Source: Gammaproteobacteria bacterium
GTDB taxonomy: Bacteria; Pseudomonadota; Gammaproteobacteria; JBCCGL01
NCBI GenBank assembly: GCA_965277715.1
Contig: OZ255836.1
Coordinates: forward strand, 3,789,254 to 3,853,253
Direction: 5' to 3'
Length of the DNA: 64,000 bases
Shown: in pieces, positions 38,385-48,099 of the stretch
Layout of the letters: each line of letters opens with the position of its first letter
Numbering within the stretch: position 1 is the first letter of the stretch
Notes under the pieces: generated by a model
The model's input: only the letters and a program-made list of their open reading frames with translations
The model's database searches: none
What the model was told of the DNA's origin: nothing
Position numbers and translations under genes: made by a program

Positions 38385-39368
38385 TTGACTATTATGTTAC
38401 CACCATCAACCCCTGTCGTCCTGGTGCTGGATGAAACCCCGGAAAGTTATCTGGATGGTTTGCGCGCACGCTTTCCGGCGCTACGCATAGAAGCCTGCCG
38501 CGACGGTGAACAGGCACAATCACACGTAGCGCGATTACAGGCACAAATTATCCTTAGCTGTAAAAGTGATCGCATCCCCGGTGCCGACAAACGCGATGCC
38601 ATTATGCAGCCCAGTGTTAAGTGGGTACACGTATGCGGTGCCGGGTTTGACCATATCGATCCTATCAGTGACTTTGCTGCCATCGTCACCAATTCTGCTG
38701 GCGTGCTTAGCGCCTACCTCGGCGAGACCATTATCGGCATGATGATGGCGATGAGCTTCGGTTTTCCCGCTTATTTTCACCACCAACGCGCCCACCGCTG
38801 GCAACCCGAGCCGCGCCGTTCGTTAATAGGTAAGACAGCACTGATTATCGGGCTTGGCAATGTGGGGCGCGAAGTGGCGTACCGCTGTAAACAGGCGGGT
38901 ATGCACGTGCTTGGTATTCGCAACACCCCCGTGCCGACAAAAAATGTCGACGAAGTCGCCGGGATGGATGATTTGATGGCGTTGCTGCCACGGGCAGACT
39001 ATGTATGCCTGCACACGCCACTCACCGACCTCACCCGCGACTTATTGGGTGCAGCACAGTTTGCCGCAATGCCACCCGGTAGTTATTTTCTCAACGCGGC
39101 ACGCGGCGGTATTGTCGATGAGGCAGCCCTGCATCAGGCACTCATCAGTGGCCATTTATGCGCTGCCTACTCAGACGTATTTGCCCAGGAACCACTGCCA
39201 GCCGACAGCCCGCTCTGGGATCTGGATAACCTGATTATCAGCCCTCACTACGCCGACTCAATTGACAACTGGAAACAATATTACGTGGACTTATTTGCAG
39301 ACAACCTACAATGCTGGATTGAAGGTAAACCATTGCGGAATATCGTCGACCCGCAAAAAGGTTATTAA
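38385..39368 (+). CDS. D-isomer-specific 2-hydroxyacid dehydrogenase family protein
   Basis: NAD-binding GLGNVGREVA and the catalytic Arg/Glu/His region (ARGGIVDE...SPH). Confidence 0.85.
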   Translation: MTIMLPPSTPVVLVLDETPESYLDGLRARFPALRIEACRDGEQAQSHVARLQAQIILSCKSDRIPGADKRDAIMQPSVKWVHVCGAGFDHIDPISDFAAIVTNSAGVLSAYLGETIIGMMMAMSFGFPAYFHHQRAHRWQPEPRRSLIGKTALIIGLGNVGREVAYRCKQAGMHVLGIRNTPVPTKNVDEVAGMDDLMALLPRADYVCLHTPLTDLTRDLLGAAQFAAMPPGSYFLNAARGGIVDEAALHQALISGHLCAAYSDVFAQEPLPADSPLWDLDNLIISPHYADSIDNWKQYYVDLFADNLQCWIEGKPLRNIVDPQKGY

Positions 39369-39369
39369 T

Positions 39370-39984
39370 ATGCCCGGTATCCTGCAACGTCAGCATTGGG
39401 TGTTTGATATGGATGGCACACTCACTGTTGCTGTGCACGACTTTGAAGCGATGCGCAAGGCACTGAACATCGCGCCTAAAGTGCCGATTCTCGAAGCCCT
39501 GGCGGCGATGCCCACAGACCAGGCGGTGGAAAAACGCGCACTCCTGGATGAGATGGAACGGGAAACCGCCAGCCGTTCCACCCCCATGCCGGGTGCCGCT
39601 GCATTACTTGCGGCGCTACAGCAGCGCGGTGTGCGCATGGGCATCCTGACCCGCAATAACCACGCCAGCGCTATTACCACGTTAAGTGCGTGTGGCTTCG
39701 ATCAGTACTTCGATGCTCAGGATATCCTGCACCGCGATTCCTGCACCCCTAAACCCGCCCCGGACGGTATTAACCAGTTACTGCATCAATGGCGTGCCCC
39801 CGCACACGATGCTGTGATGGTAGGGGACTACCTGTTCGACTTACAGGCGGGAAAATGCGCCCACACAGCCACCATTTACATCGATACCCAGGCGTGTTTT
39901 GAGTGGGCTGAATATGCCGATATTAGTATTGCCAGCTTGGCCGAGCTGCTACCGCTGCCCTCTCCCAGGAGTCTGCCGGGCTGA
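39370..39984 (+). CDS. HAD-superfamily hydrolase (phosphatase)
   Basis: HAD motif I FDMDGTL plus motifs II-IV (ILTRNN, GDYLFD). The ORF track start at 39262 overlaps the upstream gene, so M at 39370 was chosen. Confidence 0.75.
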   Translation: MPGILQRQHWVFDMDGTLTVAVHDFEAMRKALNIAPKVPILEALAAMPTDQAVEKRALLDEMERETASRSTPMPGAAALLAALQQRGVRMGILTRNNHASAITTLSACGFDQYFDAQDILHRDSCTPKPAPDGINQLLHQWRAPAHDAVMVGDYLFDLQAGKCAHTATIYIDTQACFEWAEYADISIASLAELLPLPSPRSLPG

Positions 39985-40129
39985 GGCGCCCGTAGCGGGG
40001 AAAAGACCGATTTGAGTCATTTTTTGCGCACTACGGCGCTTCGCGTAAAAATGCCATAACAGACCTATATCCGGTATAATGCCCAAATTTGCTCTTTGCC
40101 ACGGCATATCATACAGTCAAGAGGCGTGC

Positions 40130-40216
40130 ATGATAGTGGTTGGTCAAGAGTTGGCACTGATTACTGTGTTGTTTGTTGGCGTGGCTATTACGGTGTATTC
40201 GACTTTAACCTACTAA
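40130..40216 (+). CDS. putative 28-aa single-TM peptide (MIVVGQELALITVLFVGVAITVYSTLTY)
   Basis: AGAGG lies 8 nt upstream of the ATG and a perfect TATAAT sits at 40075-40080. The ORF ends 8 bp before the DUF3365 gene start. It is absent from the ORF track because it is under 60 aa. Confidence 0.25.
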   Translation: MIVVGQELALITVLFVGVAITVYSTLTY

Positions 40217-40224
40217 AGTTTACT

Positions 40225-41106
40225 ATGGGCTTAAAAGTAAAATTTAACTTGATAATGCTGATTGCATTGTTGATCACCCTCTGTGCTACAGCGTTTATCG
40301 GGCAGCGCGTGCTGTCTGCAAATACACAGCAGGAAGTGCTGAATAACGCCAAGTTGTTAATGACAGCCGCCGAATCGATCCGTACCCATACCAACTTAAA
40401 ACTGATGCCGTTAATTTTTGGCAGAAAAGACGAAAAATTTGTTCCAGATCTGCTGCCTTCAGTCAATACCAGCCGTATTCTCGATGAAATTAATGAGACA
40501 TTTGAAAACTACCATTATAGCCAGGTAGCGATTAATCCCACTAATCTAAACAATAAAGCATCTGACTGGCAGGCAGACATCATTAATTACTTTCGGCAGA
40601 ACCCTGATTCAGATAGCTATGTGCTGATGCGTAAACCGACCAGTCAGAGTGAGTCACTGGTGTTAGCCAAACCGATAAAGGTCGAAGATACCCGTTGCCT
40701 TATTTGCCACAGCAATCCAGAATTTGCCCCGCAATCAATGCTCGATATCTACGGTAAAGAAAACGGTTTTGGCTGGGAAATCGATGAAATTGTTGGCATT
40801 GCCATGGTAAACATCCCAACCAATATCCCCCGCAGTAAGGCCAATAGTGCATTTTATACTTTTATGCTTATTAGCCTGTTATTGGTGCTGAGTATCTGGA
40901 TTTTGCTTAATATACTGCTACATTTTGTCGTAATAAAGCCGGTTAAGTTGATGGCTGAGTCGGCGGATAAAATCAGTACGGGTGATTTCAGTGCACCTGA
41001 ATTTTCGTCCAATAGCAAAGATGAAATATCATCGTTGGGGAAATCGTTCAACCGTATGTACCGCAGCCTGAAAAGTGCAATACGTTTACTTGATAAACAG
41101 CCGTGA
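40225..41106 (+). CDS. membrane sensor with a periplasmic DUF3365 (Tll0287-like) heme-c-binding domain plus a HAMP domain and no output domain
   Basis: Signal/TM1, then a domain of about 190 aa containing CLICH (a CxxCH c-type heme motif), then TM2 (FYTFMLISLLLVLSIWILLNILL) and a HAMP-like helix pair. The stop overlaps the kinase GTG (GTGA). Confidence 0.7.
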   Translation: MGLKVKFNLIMLIALLITLCATAFIGQRVLSANTQQEVLNNAKLLMTAAESIRTHTNLKLMPLIFGRKDEKFVPDLLPSVNTSRILDEINETFENYHYSQVAINPTNLNNKASDWQADIINYFRQNPDSDSYVLMRKPTSQSESLVLAKPIKVEDTRCLICHSNPEFAPQSMLDIYGKENGFGWEIDEIVGIAMVNIPTNIPRSKANSAFYTFMLISLLLVLSIWILLNILLHFVVIKPVKLMAESADKISTGDFSAPEFSSNSKDEISSLGKSFNRMYRSLKSAIRLLDKQP

Positions 41107-42497
41107 CAGAACCGTATGAAAAAATTGGTAAATACCTTATCAAGCGCACCATTGGTGAGGGCGCGATGGGTGTGGTACTGGAAGGGTTTGATCCGCACAT
41201 AGAGCGCCGTGTCGCCATCAAACGCCTGCACTCCCATTTGATTGTCGGCGATACCAAAGAGGAATTTCTACAACGCTTCAAGCAAGAGGCCCGCATCGCG
41301 GCGCGTTGCTCGCACCCCAATATTGTCATGGTGCTTGAGTACGGTGAACACCAGGATACACCTTATATCGTGATGGAGTATGTGGACGGTGTCAGCCTGC
41401 AGGACCTTATGCAAAAAAAGCGCGTCCGGCTCCTGAAAAGCGCTATTTCCTATATGGCACAGACCCTTAAAGCGCTTAGTGTTGCGCATGCACAAGGCGT
41501 TATTCACCGTGATATTAAACCCGCCAACATTATTGTTATGCAAAATGGTTCAATCAAGCTAAGCGATTTTGGTATCGCACGGGTGCCGGTAGACAATAAC
41601 TTAACCCAGACAGGTGTTGTGGTCGGTACACCGCGCTATATGTCACCTGAACAGGCAATGGCCCGCTCAGCCGATCAACGGAGTGATTTGTATTCATTGA
41701 CCATGGTGTTTGCCCAGATACTAGTCGGGCTGAGCTTGCCGCCTTCGATTCCCGTGAAGGTGCTGCCAAAAATCAAGGGGCTTGCCAAAACGCATTACAT
41801 CAACAACGAAGTACCCATACCGAAAGTATTGATTCCCATTATTATTAAAGGTCTGGCCTTTGATCCTGATGAGCGTATTCAAACGGCAAAAGAATACCTT
41901 ACTCGGCTTAAATCAGCGGTGAATGCACTGAAACCTGAAAACAACACAACTGAAAATAACACAAGCAGTTCACTGCCTATCGATACAGATATGGCGACTG
42001 CTATGCGAAAAGCCCAGATGAATATGTCGTCTATTGGTTCAAATGAGCTTGAAACGATGCGCACTATGCTGTCCAACTACATTGGTTCTGTTGCAGAAAA
42101 TATCATACAGAGTGAGGCCACTCAGCACCGTGAAGCGACCGCCCTCGCCCATGCAGTTGCGGCAGAAATTCCCGATAAGTCAGATCGAAAGGCATTTATT
42201 ACACAGTGGGAGGCACAGTCGGGGCAACAGACTTCCACCACTGGTAAGGCTGGCGATACAGCGCGCATGATAGTGAGTGATCGCACCTCTGTGGCCAATT
42301 ATCTGGCGGGTGTCGATAGTGAAAAACTGGAAAAAACCTTTGCTCTGTACGTCGGCCCGATGGCAGGTCGGTTGATAAAGTTATACAAGGGTAAATGCCG
42401 CACTTTTTCTGAGCTGATTGATATGTTGACCGAAGAGATTCCTGACGAAACAGACAAACAGGCTTTTCTCGTCGAATGGCATGATGCCCTGACCTGA
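41103..42497 (+). CDS. Hanks-type Ser/Thr protein kinase with a C-terminal domain of about 190 aa containing an internal repeat
   Basis: Subdomain I GEGAMGVV, II AIK, VIb HRDIKPANI, VII DFG and VIII SPE. The C-terminal motif is duplicated (AAEIPDKSDRKAFITQWEAQ and TEEIPDETDKQAFLVEWHDAL). Confidence 0.85.
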   Translation: MTEPYEKIGKYLIKRTIGEGAMGVVLEGFDPHIERRVAIKRLHSHLIVGDTKEEFLQRFKQEARIAARCSHPNIVMVLEYGEHQDTPYIVMEYVDGVSLQDLMQKKRVRLLKSAISYMAQTLKALSVAHAQGVIHRDIKPANIIVMQNGSIKLSDFGIARVPVDNNLTQTGVVVGTPRYMSPEQAMARSADQRSDLYSLTMVFAQILVGLSLPPSIPVKVLPKIKGLAKTHYINNEVPIPKVLIPIIIKGLAFDPDERIQTAKEYLTRLKSAVNALKPENNTTENNTSSSLPIDTDMATAMRKAQMNMSSIGSNELETMRTMLSNYIGSVAENIIQSEATQHREATALAHAVAAEIPDKSDRKAFITQWEAQSGQQTSTTGKAGDTARMIVSDRTSVANYLAGVDSEKLEKTFALYVGPMAGRLIKLYKGKCRTFSELIDMLTEEIPDETDKQAFLVEWHDALT

Positions 42498-42575
42498 TAC
42501 AATACTCTGCATCCACTCCCCCAACAAAATGCGGCTAATAATCGGGCGACTGATCCTGTCGTAGGCATTACTGCC

Positions 42576-43412
42576 ATGCTGGTTAGCATGTTGCTGTTTT
42601 CCGTAATGGACGCGCTGGTGAAATGGCTGAGTGCTACTTACCCCACCCATCAGATTATTTTTTTTCGCTGTACAGTCGCATTAGTACCGGTGTTGACCTT
42701 GCTCTATTTGCGCGGTGGCGTCAAAATTCTTCACAGCAAAAGGCCGTGGCTGCATGTTGCGCGTTCACTGCTTGGGCTCAGTGCAATGGGGTGTGCATTC
42801 TATGGCTTTTCATTGATGCGGCTGGCCGATGCAATTTCGATTCTGCACACCACCCCCTTGTTTATGACAGTGTTGTCTGTCGTGATACTGGGTGAAAAAG
42901 TAGGTGTTCGCCGCTGGTCTGCGGTGACTATTGGGTTTATTGGTATGTTGATTGTTGTGCGCCCAGGTGAGGGGATATTCGACAGCGGTAGCGCTTATAT
43001 GCTGATTGCAGCCCTTTGTATCGCCACGACCACTATCATCGTTCGCCAACTGAGTGTCAGTGATGACCCCGCATCGATTACCTTTTACTTTACCCTGTCT
43101 GGCAGCATTGTCGGTATCCTGGCGTGTATCTGGCTGGGTTGGCAACCCCCTCCGTTGATTGACTGGTTGTTACTGCTTGCGGTGGGTTTGCTGGGTGGTT
43201 GTGCGCAATATGCAATGACACTCAGTTACCGAAATGCCGAGGTCGGTATCGTCGCACCATTAAAGTACCTGTCTATCGCTATAGGCGGTACTATTGGTTA
43301 TTTAATCTGGTCAGAAATACCGGATAGTCAGAGTGCCATTGGCATTAGTATTATTGTTGCCACAGGCTTATACACGCTGCACCGGGAAATTCGATTGGCC
43401 AATCAAAAATGA
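42576..43412 (+). CDS. DMT-superfamily (EamA) transporter
   Basis: 10-TM hydrophobic protein with duplicated EamA halves. Confidence 0.75.
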   Translation: MLVSMLLFSVMDALVKWLSATYPTHQIIFFRCTVALVPVLTLLYLRGGVKILHSKRPWLHVARSLLGLSAMGCAFYGFSLMRLADAISILHTTPLFMTVLSVVILGEKVGVRRWSAVTIGFIGMLIVVRPGEGIFDSGSAYMLIAALCIATTTIIVRQLSVSDDPASITFYFTLSGSIVGILACIWLGWQPPPLIDWLLLLAVGLLGGCAQYAMTLSYRNAEVGIVAPLKYLSIAIGGTIGYLIWSEIPDSQSAIGISIIVATGLYTLHREIRLANQK

Positions 43413-43425
43413 ATGTGAGTATGTT

Positions 43426-44004
43426 ATGCCTGTATTGAAAAAAACATCGATAACAGGGTGTGTCGAGGCCGTGTTAATTAACCGCGATGCCACTACCGGT
43501 CTAAGCAGTGAGCGGGTGGATAAAGTCAATGCAGATTATGGCGGTTTTCAGGGTGATGCCCACTACGGGGTAACCCGCGCTTCCTGTGTGCGCGTCCGGC
43601 AACAATACGCTGAGGGCACTGAGATCCGCAATACCCGGCAAGTGTCGATTTTATCGGTAGAGGAAATGCAACAAATCGCCGGGGCAATGAATATTCCCGC
43701 ATTGCTGCCCGAGTGGGTGGGCGCCAATATGAGCCTTAGCGGCATTCCACAACTGAGCCAGCTTCCTCCCTCGTCACGTTTAATTTTTGCAGAGGGGGCA
43801 TCGCTGGTAGTGGATATGGAAAATGGCCCATGCAAATACCCCGGTGATGTGATCGAACAATACCACCCAGGACACGGTGTGCGTTTTGCCAGCGCTGCCA
43901 TAAACCGTCGCGGGGTCACGGCGTGGGTTGAACGCGAGGGTGTTATCAAACAAGGGGAGCGCGTGGTACTGCATATTCCACCGCAGCGGATCTACTCGCT
44001 CTAA
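43426..44004 (+). CDS. MOSC-domain protein (YiiM/YcbX-like)
   Basis: 192 aa with the conserved Cys region NGPCKYPG. Confidence 0.7.
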   Translation: MPVLKKTSITGCVEAVLINRDATTGLSSERVDKVNADYGGFQGDAHYGVTRASCVRVRQQYAEGTEIRNTRQVSILSVEEMQQIAGAMNIPALLPEWVGANMSLSGIPQLSQLPPSSRLIFAEGASLVVDMENGPCKYPGDVIEQYHPGHGVRFASAAINRRGVTAWVEREGVIKQGERVVLHIPPQRIYSL

Positions 44005-44023
44005 TCCAGCATTTAACCCGGCA

Positions 44024-44299
44024 ATGCAATTCCCCGTCGACAAATTGCTGAAAAAGAATGCGGCGCTCACTCATTCCGAAATGATGAAAGTCACTTCACA
44101 CGTACAGCGCGAGAGTGACGACTGGATTATCAATACCGTGATGGTGGAAAATGTTGATATTCCGTTTAAATACAAGCGTAAAAAACGCTACAAAAACCTC
44201 ACGGGTGCCCGCGTTAACATGACCTACTACCCCCACAGTGAAACCGTCGCCGGGTTGGTGTTTGAAACGATGAAAGTAGTACGGATCCGCATCGCCTGA
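44024..44299 (+). CDS. hypothetical small basic protein (91 aa)
   Basis: ORF only. The start was chosen to avoid overlap with the MOSC gene. Confidence 0.25.
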   Translation: MQFPVDKLLKKNAALTHSEMMKVTSHVQRESDDWIINTVMVENVDIPFKYKRKKRYKNLTGARVNMTYYPHSETVAGLVFETMKVVRIRIA

Positions 44300-44301
44300 C
44301 A

Positions 44302-44766
44302 CGTTGACCTATGGCACCACATGCCCATCAGACAGGGTTTGCAGAAAAGCGACAATATCCTGCACCTGTGCATTGGTTAAACTCAAATTACCGATACCAC
44401 CGGCCAGGTTAGCGTTGACCTCTGCATTACTCGCGTTGTGGCTGTTGTAGAGCTCGACCACCTCCGTCAGTGTTGAAAAACACCGTTGTGCCTATAAGGG
44501 GTTGTCAGTGCAATATTGCGTAAAGTCGGCACCCGGAATTTGCCGTTTTCGGCAGTGTTATTCACCGCTGAACCCAAGCCGAGGTCAACAAACGTTGGGT
44601 TTTGCACTAAAAATGGATTGTTTGGGTTTGGCGGTACACCAATATTTTCAATGGGTGCTCCTGAAACGAACTGTTTATACCTAAAATTATAGGTATCTAT
44701 TAGGCAGATAATGTGCAAAAAACGAGGATCATCAGTATTGACAAGGGTGCGCGCAACTACCAGCAT
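44302..44766 (-). pseudogene. remnant of the di-heme cytochrome c peroxidase (CCP/MauG family) C-terminal region, frameshifted
   Basis: ...FRVPTLRNIALTTPYRHNGVFQH then a -1 shift to ...EVVELYNSHNASNAEVNANLAGGIGNLSLTNAQVQDIVAFLQTLSDGHVVP*. This matches the CCP C-terminal consensus (VPSLRNvalTaPYfHdG...LvAFLktLtD). The N-terminal two-thirds, including both CxxCH motifs, is absent. Confidence 0.6.
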
Positions 44767-44811
44767 TGCACACTGTTTAGATCAACGACTTACTTTAACC
44801 TAATAATCACG

Positions 44812-45630
44812 ATGGAATTTGTTTCAATAAACCAGCAGGCACGCGAGTGCTTTCAGCGACAGGGGGCAATCTGTCTGCGTGGACAGTTTACCGACTGGCT
44901 CGATGTGTTGCGAGCCGGTGTGCAACGCAACTATGACGCCCCCGGTCCCTACTTTTCACAAAACAATACGGCCACAGATACCGGCAGTTTTTGGGACGAC
45001 TACTGCAACTGGCAGCGCATTGCTGAATACGAACAATTTGTCCGCGAATCGAGCATGGCCCGGTACGCTGCTGAGGTTATGAATTCAACGACCGCACAAT
45101 TGTTTCACGACCATGTGCTGGTTAAAGAACCCGGTTCGAATAAACCTACGCCGTGGCACCAGGATGCCCCTTATTATTTTGTCGACGGCACCCAGACCGT
45201 CAGCTTTTGGGTTGCGCTTGACGATGTGGCTATAGAGCACACACTGAAACTTATCGCCGGATCAAACCACTGGCCCAAACTGGTAAAACCTGTCAAATGG
45301 ATTGACGACAGCAGCTTTTATATCAACCAACAGGACGCCTACATGGCACTCCCGGATATCGATGCCAACCCACAAGACTACACAGTACTGCGCTGGGCGA
45401 TGCAGCCCGGCGATGCGGTGCTGTTCGACTACCGCTGCGTACATGGCGCCAATGGCAATCACAGCGAAAAACGCCGCCGCGCCTTTTCAGTGCGTTGGGT
45501 GGGTGATGATGCGCGCTACATTGAAAGGCCAGGGCGCACATCCCCGCCATTTCCAGGTCACAATATGGTCACCGGGCAACGCCTGCGGGAAGACTGGTTT
45601 CCTGTTATCTGGCCAGCAACGACTGACTAA
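44812..45630 (+). CDS. phytanoyl-CoA dioxygenase (PhyH)-family Fe(II)/2-oxoglutarate oxygenase
   Basis: HQDAPYYF...D (H-x-D facial-triad region) ...VHGANGNHS. The ORF track start at 44713 is likely too far upstream. Confidence 0.7.
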   Translation: MEFVSINQQARECFQRQGAICLRGQFTDWLDVLRAGVQRNYDAPGPYFSQNNTATDTGSFWDDYCNWQRIAEYEQFVRESSMARYAAEVMNSTTAQLFHDHVLVKEPGSNKPTPWHQDAPYYFVDGTQTVSFWVALDDVAIEHTLKLIAGSNHWPKLVKPVKWIDDSSFYINQQDAYMALPDIDANPQDYTVLRWAMQPGDAVLFDYRCVHGANGNHSEKRRRAFSVRWVGDDARYIERPGRTSPPFPGHNMVTGQRLREDWFPVIWPATTD

Positions 45631-45663
45631 AACGGCCTGATGCCTTCCACCCTTAACAAGTAA

Positions 45664-46389
45664 GTGATAGCCATGCCTAAAAACACACTGGGACAAGCCA
45701 TTGGCTTTCCACTAGTCAATTTCCAAACACCTGAACGACCGCCCATTACGCCGATGCACGGGCGTTATTGCCGTATTGAACACCTGGATATTGCCCGTCA
45801 CGCGGCGGCATTGCACGACGCTAATAATAAAGATACAGAACATCGCAACTGGACCTATCTGCCCTACGGGCCATTCACCACGCTCGACGATTACACGCGC
45901 TGGATGGAAGAGGCCTGTTTCAACGGTGATCCGCTATTTCATAGCATCATCGATAACACCAGCGGTGAGGCGGTTGGGCTGGCCAGCTATCTGCGTATCG
46001 ACCCACGCAACGCCTCTATCGAAGTGGGGCATATCAATTTTTCACCGCTATTACAGCGTACTGTCGCGGCGACAGAATCTATGTTCCTGTTAATGCAGCG
46101 TGCTTTTGCACTGGGCTACCGCCGCTATGAATGGAAGTGTGATGCCCTCAATAAACCCTCACAGCAGGCGGCACAGCGATTGGGGTTTCGCTATGAGGGC
46201 ACTTTTCGCCAGGCCACCCACTACAAAAACCGCAACCGCGATACCGCGTGGTACAGCATCATCGACACCGAATGGCCCACATTGCAAACGGCTTTCCAGC
46301 ATTGGCTGGCGGTGGATAATTTTGACCCCAATGGCAGGCAACGCCTATCCCTATCCGCTTTGACTTCAGCCGCCCGCGATACACTTTAA
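45664..46389 (+). CDS. GNAT-family N-acetyltransferase
   Basis: Acetyl-CoA-binding core QRAFALGYRRYEWKCDALNKPSQQAAQRLGFRYEG. Confidence 0.75.
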   Translation: MIAMPKNTLGQAIGFPLVNFQTPERPPITPMHGRYCRIEHLDIARHAAALHDANNKDTEHRNWTYLPYGPFTTLDDYTRWMEEACFNGDPLFHSIIDNTSGEAVGLASYLRIDPRNASIEVGHINFSPLLQRTVAATESMFLLMQRAFALGYRRYEWKCDALNKPSQQAAQRLGFRYEGTFRQATHYKNRNRDTAWYSIIDTEWPTLQTAFQHWLAVDNFDPNGRQRLSLSALTSAARDTL

Positions 46390-46402
46390 CGTCGAGAACA
46401 CC

Positions 46403-47281
46403 ATGCAAATATTTCAGAAAGGTATAGCTGACCCGGTGCCCGCAGCAGGTCGTTATTTATACTTTGACCTACGTTTTGCCGCCGATGTGCGCACAGGCCT
46501 AAAAAACTTACAGACCATTGCCGATGGCGAGCATATTATCGTGGGTATCGGTCACTCACTGCTGTCGGCACTCGACCGGGAACTCACCGCCATGCCAGTG
46601 TTTCCCGCTTTGTCGCAACACGGGCTGGATATTCCCTCGACACCTGCCGCGCTCTGGTGCTGGCTGCGCGGCGATGATCGCGGTGAACTGTTGCACCTAT
46701 CACGCAAAGTCATTGCGGCGGTGTCAGGTTCTTTTCAACTGCTTACCTGCATCGACGCCTTCCGCTACGGTATTGGCCGCGACCTGACCGGCTACGAAGA
46801 CGGCACCGAAAACCCACAAGACGAAGAGGCCATCGAAGCGGCTTTTGTGCACGATGACAGCGCGTTGCACGGCTCCAGCTTTGTCGCGGTGCAAAAGTGG
46901 CAACACAATCTGGAGGCATTCGATGCCATGCCGCAAGCACAGCGCGATAACACCATTGGTCGGCGCCTGAGTGACAACGAAGAGCTGGAAGACGCACCAG
47001 AATCGGCACATGTCAAACGTACTGCACAGGAGAGCTTTTCCCCCGAGGCATTTATGTTGCGGCGCTCTATGCCCTGGGCTGATGCCTGTGTGCAAGGCCT
47101 GGTGTTCGTGGCATTTGCCAACAGCGTATACCCGTTTGCCGCACAGATGCAGCGCATGATTGGGGCAGAGGATGGCATTCGCGATGCCCTGTTCCAGTTC
47201 ACCCGGCCCGTTTCCGGCAACTACTTCTGGTGCCCACCGATGCAGGGAGGCAAGCTGGATCTCCAGTTTCTCGGCGTATAA
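46403..47281 (+). CDS. Dyp-type peroxidase family protein
   Basis: 292 aa with the C-terminal ...FVAFANS...GNYFWCPP characteristic of DyP/YfeX-type proteins. Confidence 0.65.
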   Translation: MQIFQKGIADPVPAAGRYLYFDLRFAADVRTGLKNLQTIADGEHIIVGIGHSLLSALDRELTAMPVFPALSQHGLDIPSTPAALWCWLRGDDRGELLHLSRKVIAAVSGSFQLLTCIDAFRYGIGRDLTGYEDGTENPQDEEAIEAAFVHDDSALHGSSFVAVQKWQHNLEAFDAMPQAQRDNTIGRRLSDNEELEDAPESAHVKRTAQESFSPEAFMLRRSMPWADACVQGLVFVAFANSVYPFAAQMQRMIGAEDGIRDALFQFTRPVSGNYFWCPPMQGGKLDLQFLGV

Positions 47282-47346
47282 CTGTTGATTAGTCTGTTGA
47301 TTAACCGAGGGTAGCATCCCGCTGCCCAGTACCTGGAACTATCGCC

Positions 47347-48099
47347 TTGCAACCTGTGGATACATCCCAGCTACTGGTCATCGCCGCGTTCACATTTCTT
47401 TTGGCGGGCACCGTAAAAGGCGTGGTTGGCCTGGGATTGCCGACGATAGCCGTGTCGATTTTATCCAACATCCTGCCCTTGCCCGTCGCCATAGGACTTA
47501 TCGTCGTGCCAGCGGTTGTCACCAACATCTGGCAGGCTGTCGATGGTGGGCAGTTGTGGGTACTGTTGAAACGGTTGTGGTTATTCCTATTAATGAATGC
47601 CCTTTTCGCCTGGTTGGCCTACCGCTTTGTGCTGTCGCGCTACCCAACTGAAATGACTGTATTGCTCGGTGTCTTACTGTGCATCTACGCCCTCAATGGC
47701 TTTGGTTTGCGTTTGCCAAAAATCAGCACACGCAATGCAACCCTCTCGGCCACCGTGTGTGGTGCCATCAACGGTTTTTTTGCCGGCACCACGGGTAACA
47801 CCTCCATGCCTTCGGTGGCCTTTCTCGATGCGTTGGGGCTGGATAGAAACACCCTGGTGCAGGCGATGGGCCTGGCATTTGGTACGCCCATGCTGGCGAT
47901 TGGGCTATCCACAATCGACAGCAATATCGTGCCGGATTCGTTGTTGTGGGTATCGTTTCTATCGCTTATTCCGGCGTTGCTGGGAATGTGGTTAGGGCGG
48001 GAAATTCGCCACCGGATAAGTGAAACCGTTTTTAAAAAACTGTTGTTTTCAGGTTTATTGTTAATTGGTGTGCGTTTGTTGTGGGTGAATAGTTTCTAA
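47347..48099 (+). CDS. TauE/SafE (TSUP) family sulfite/anion exporter
   Basis: 250 aa, 7-8 TM, with a duplicated TSUP half-repeat and Gly-rich helices. Confidence 0.8.
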   Translation: MQPVDTSQLLVIAAFTFLLAGTVKGVVGLGLPTIAVSILSNILPLPVAIGLIVVPAVVTNIWQAVDGGQLWVLLKRLWLFLLMNALFAWLAYRFVLSRYPTEMTVLLGVLLCIYALNGFGLRLPKISTRNATLSATVCGAINGFFAGTTGNTSMPSVAFLDALGLDRNTLVQAMGLAFGTPMLAIGLSTIDSNIVPDSLLWVSFLSLIPALLGMWLGREIRHRISETVFKKLLFSGLLLIGVRLLWVNSF

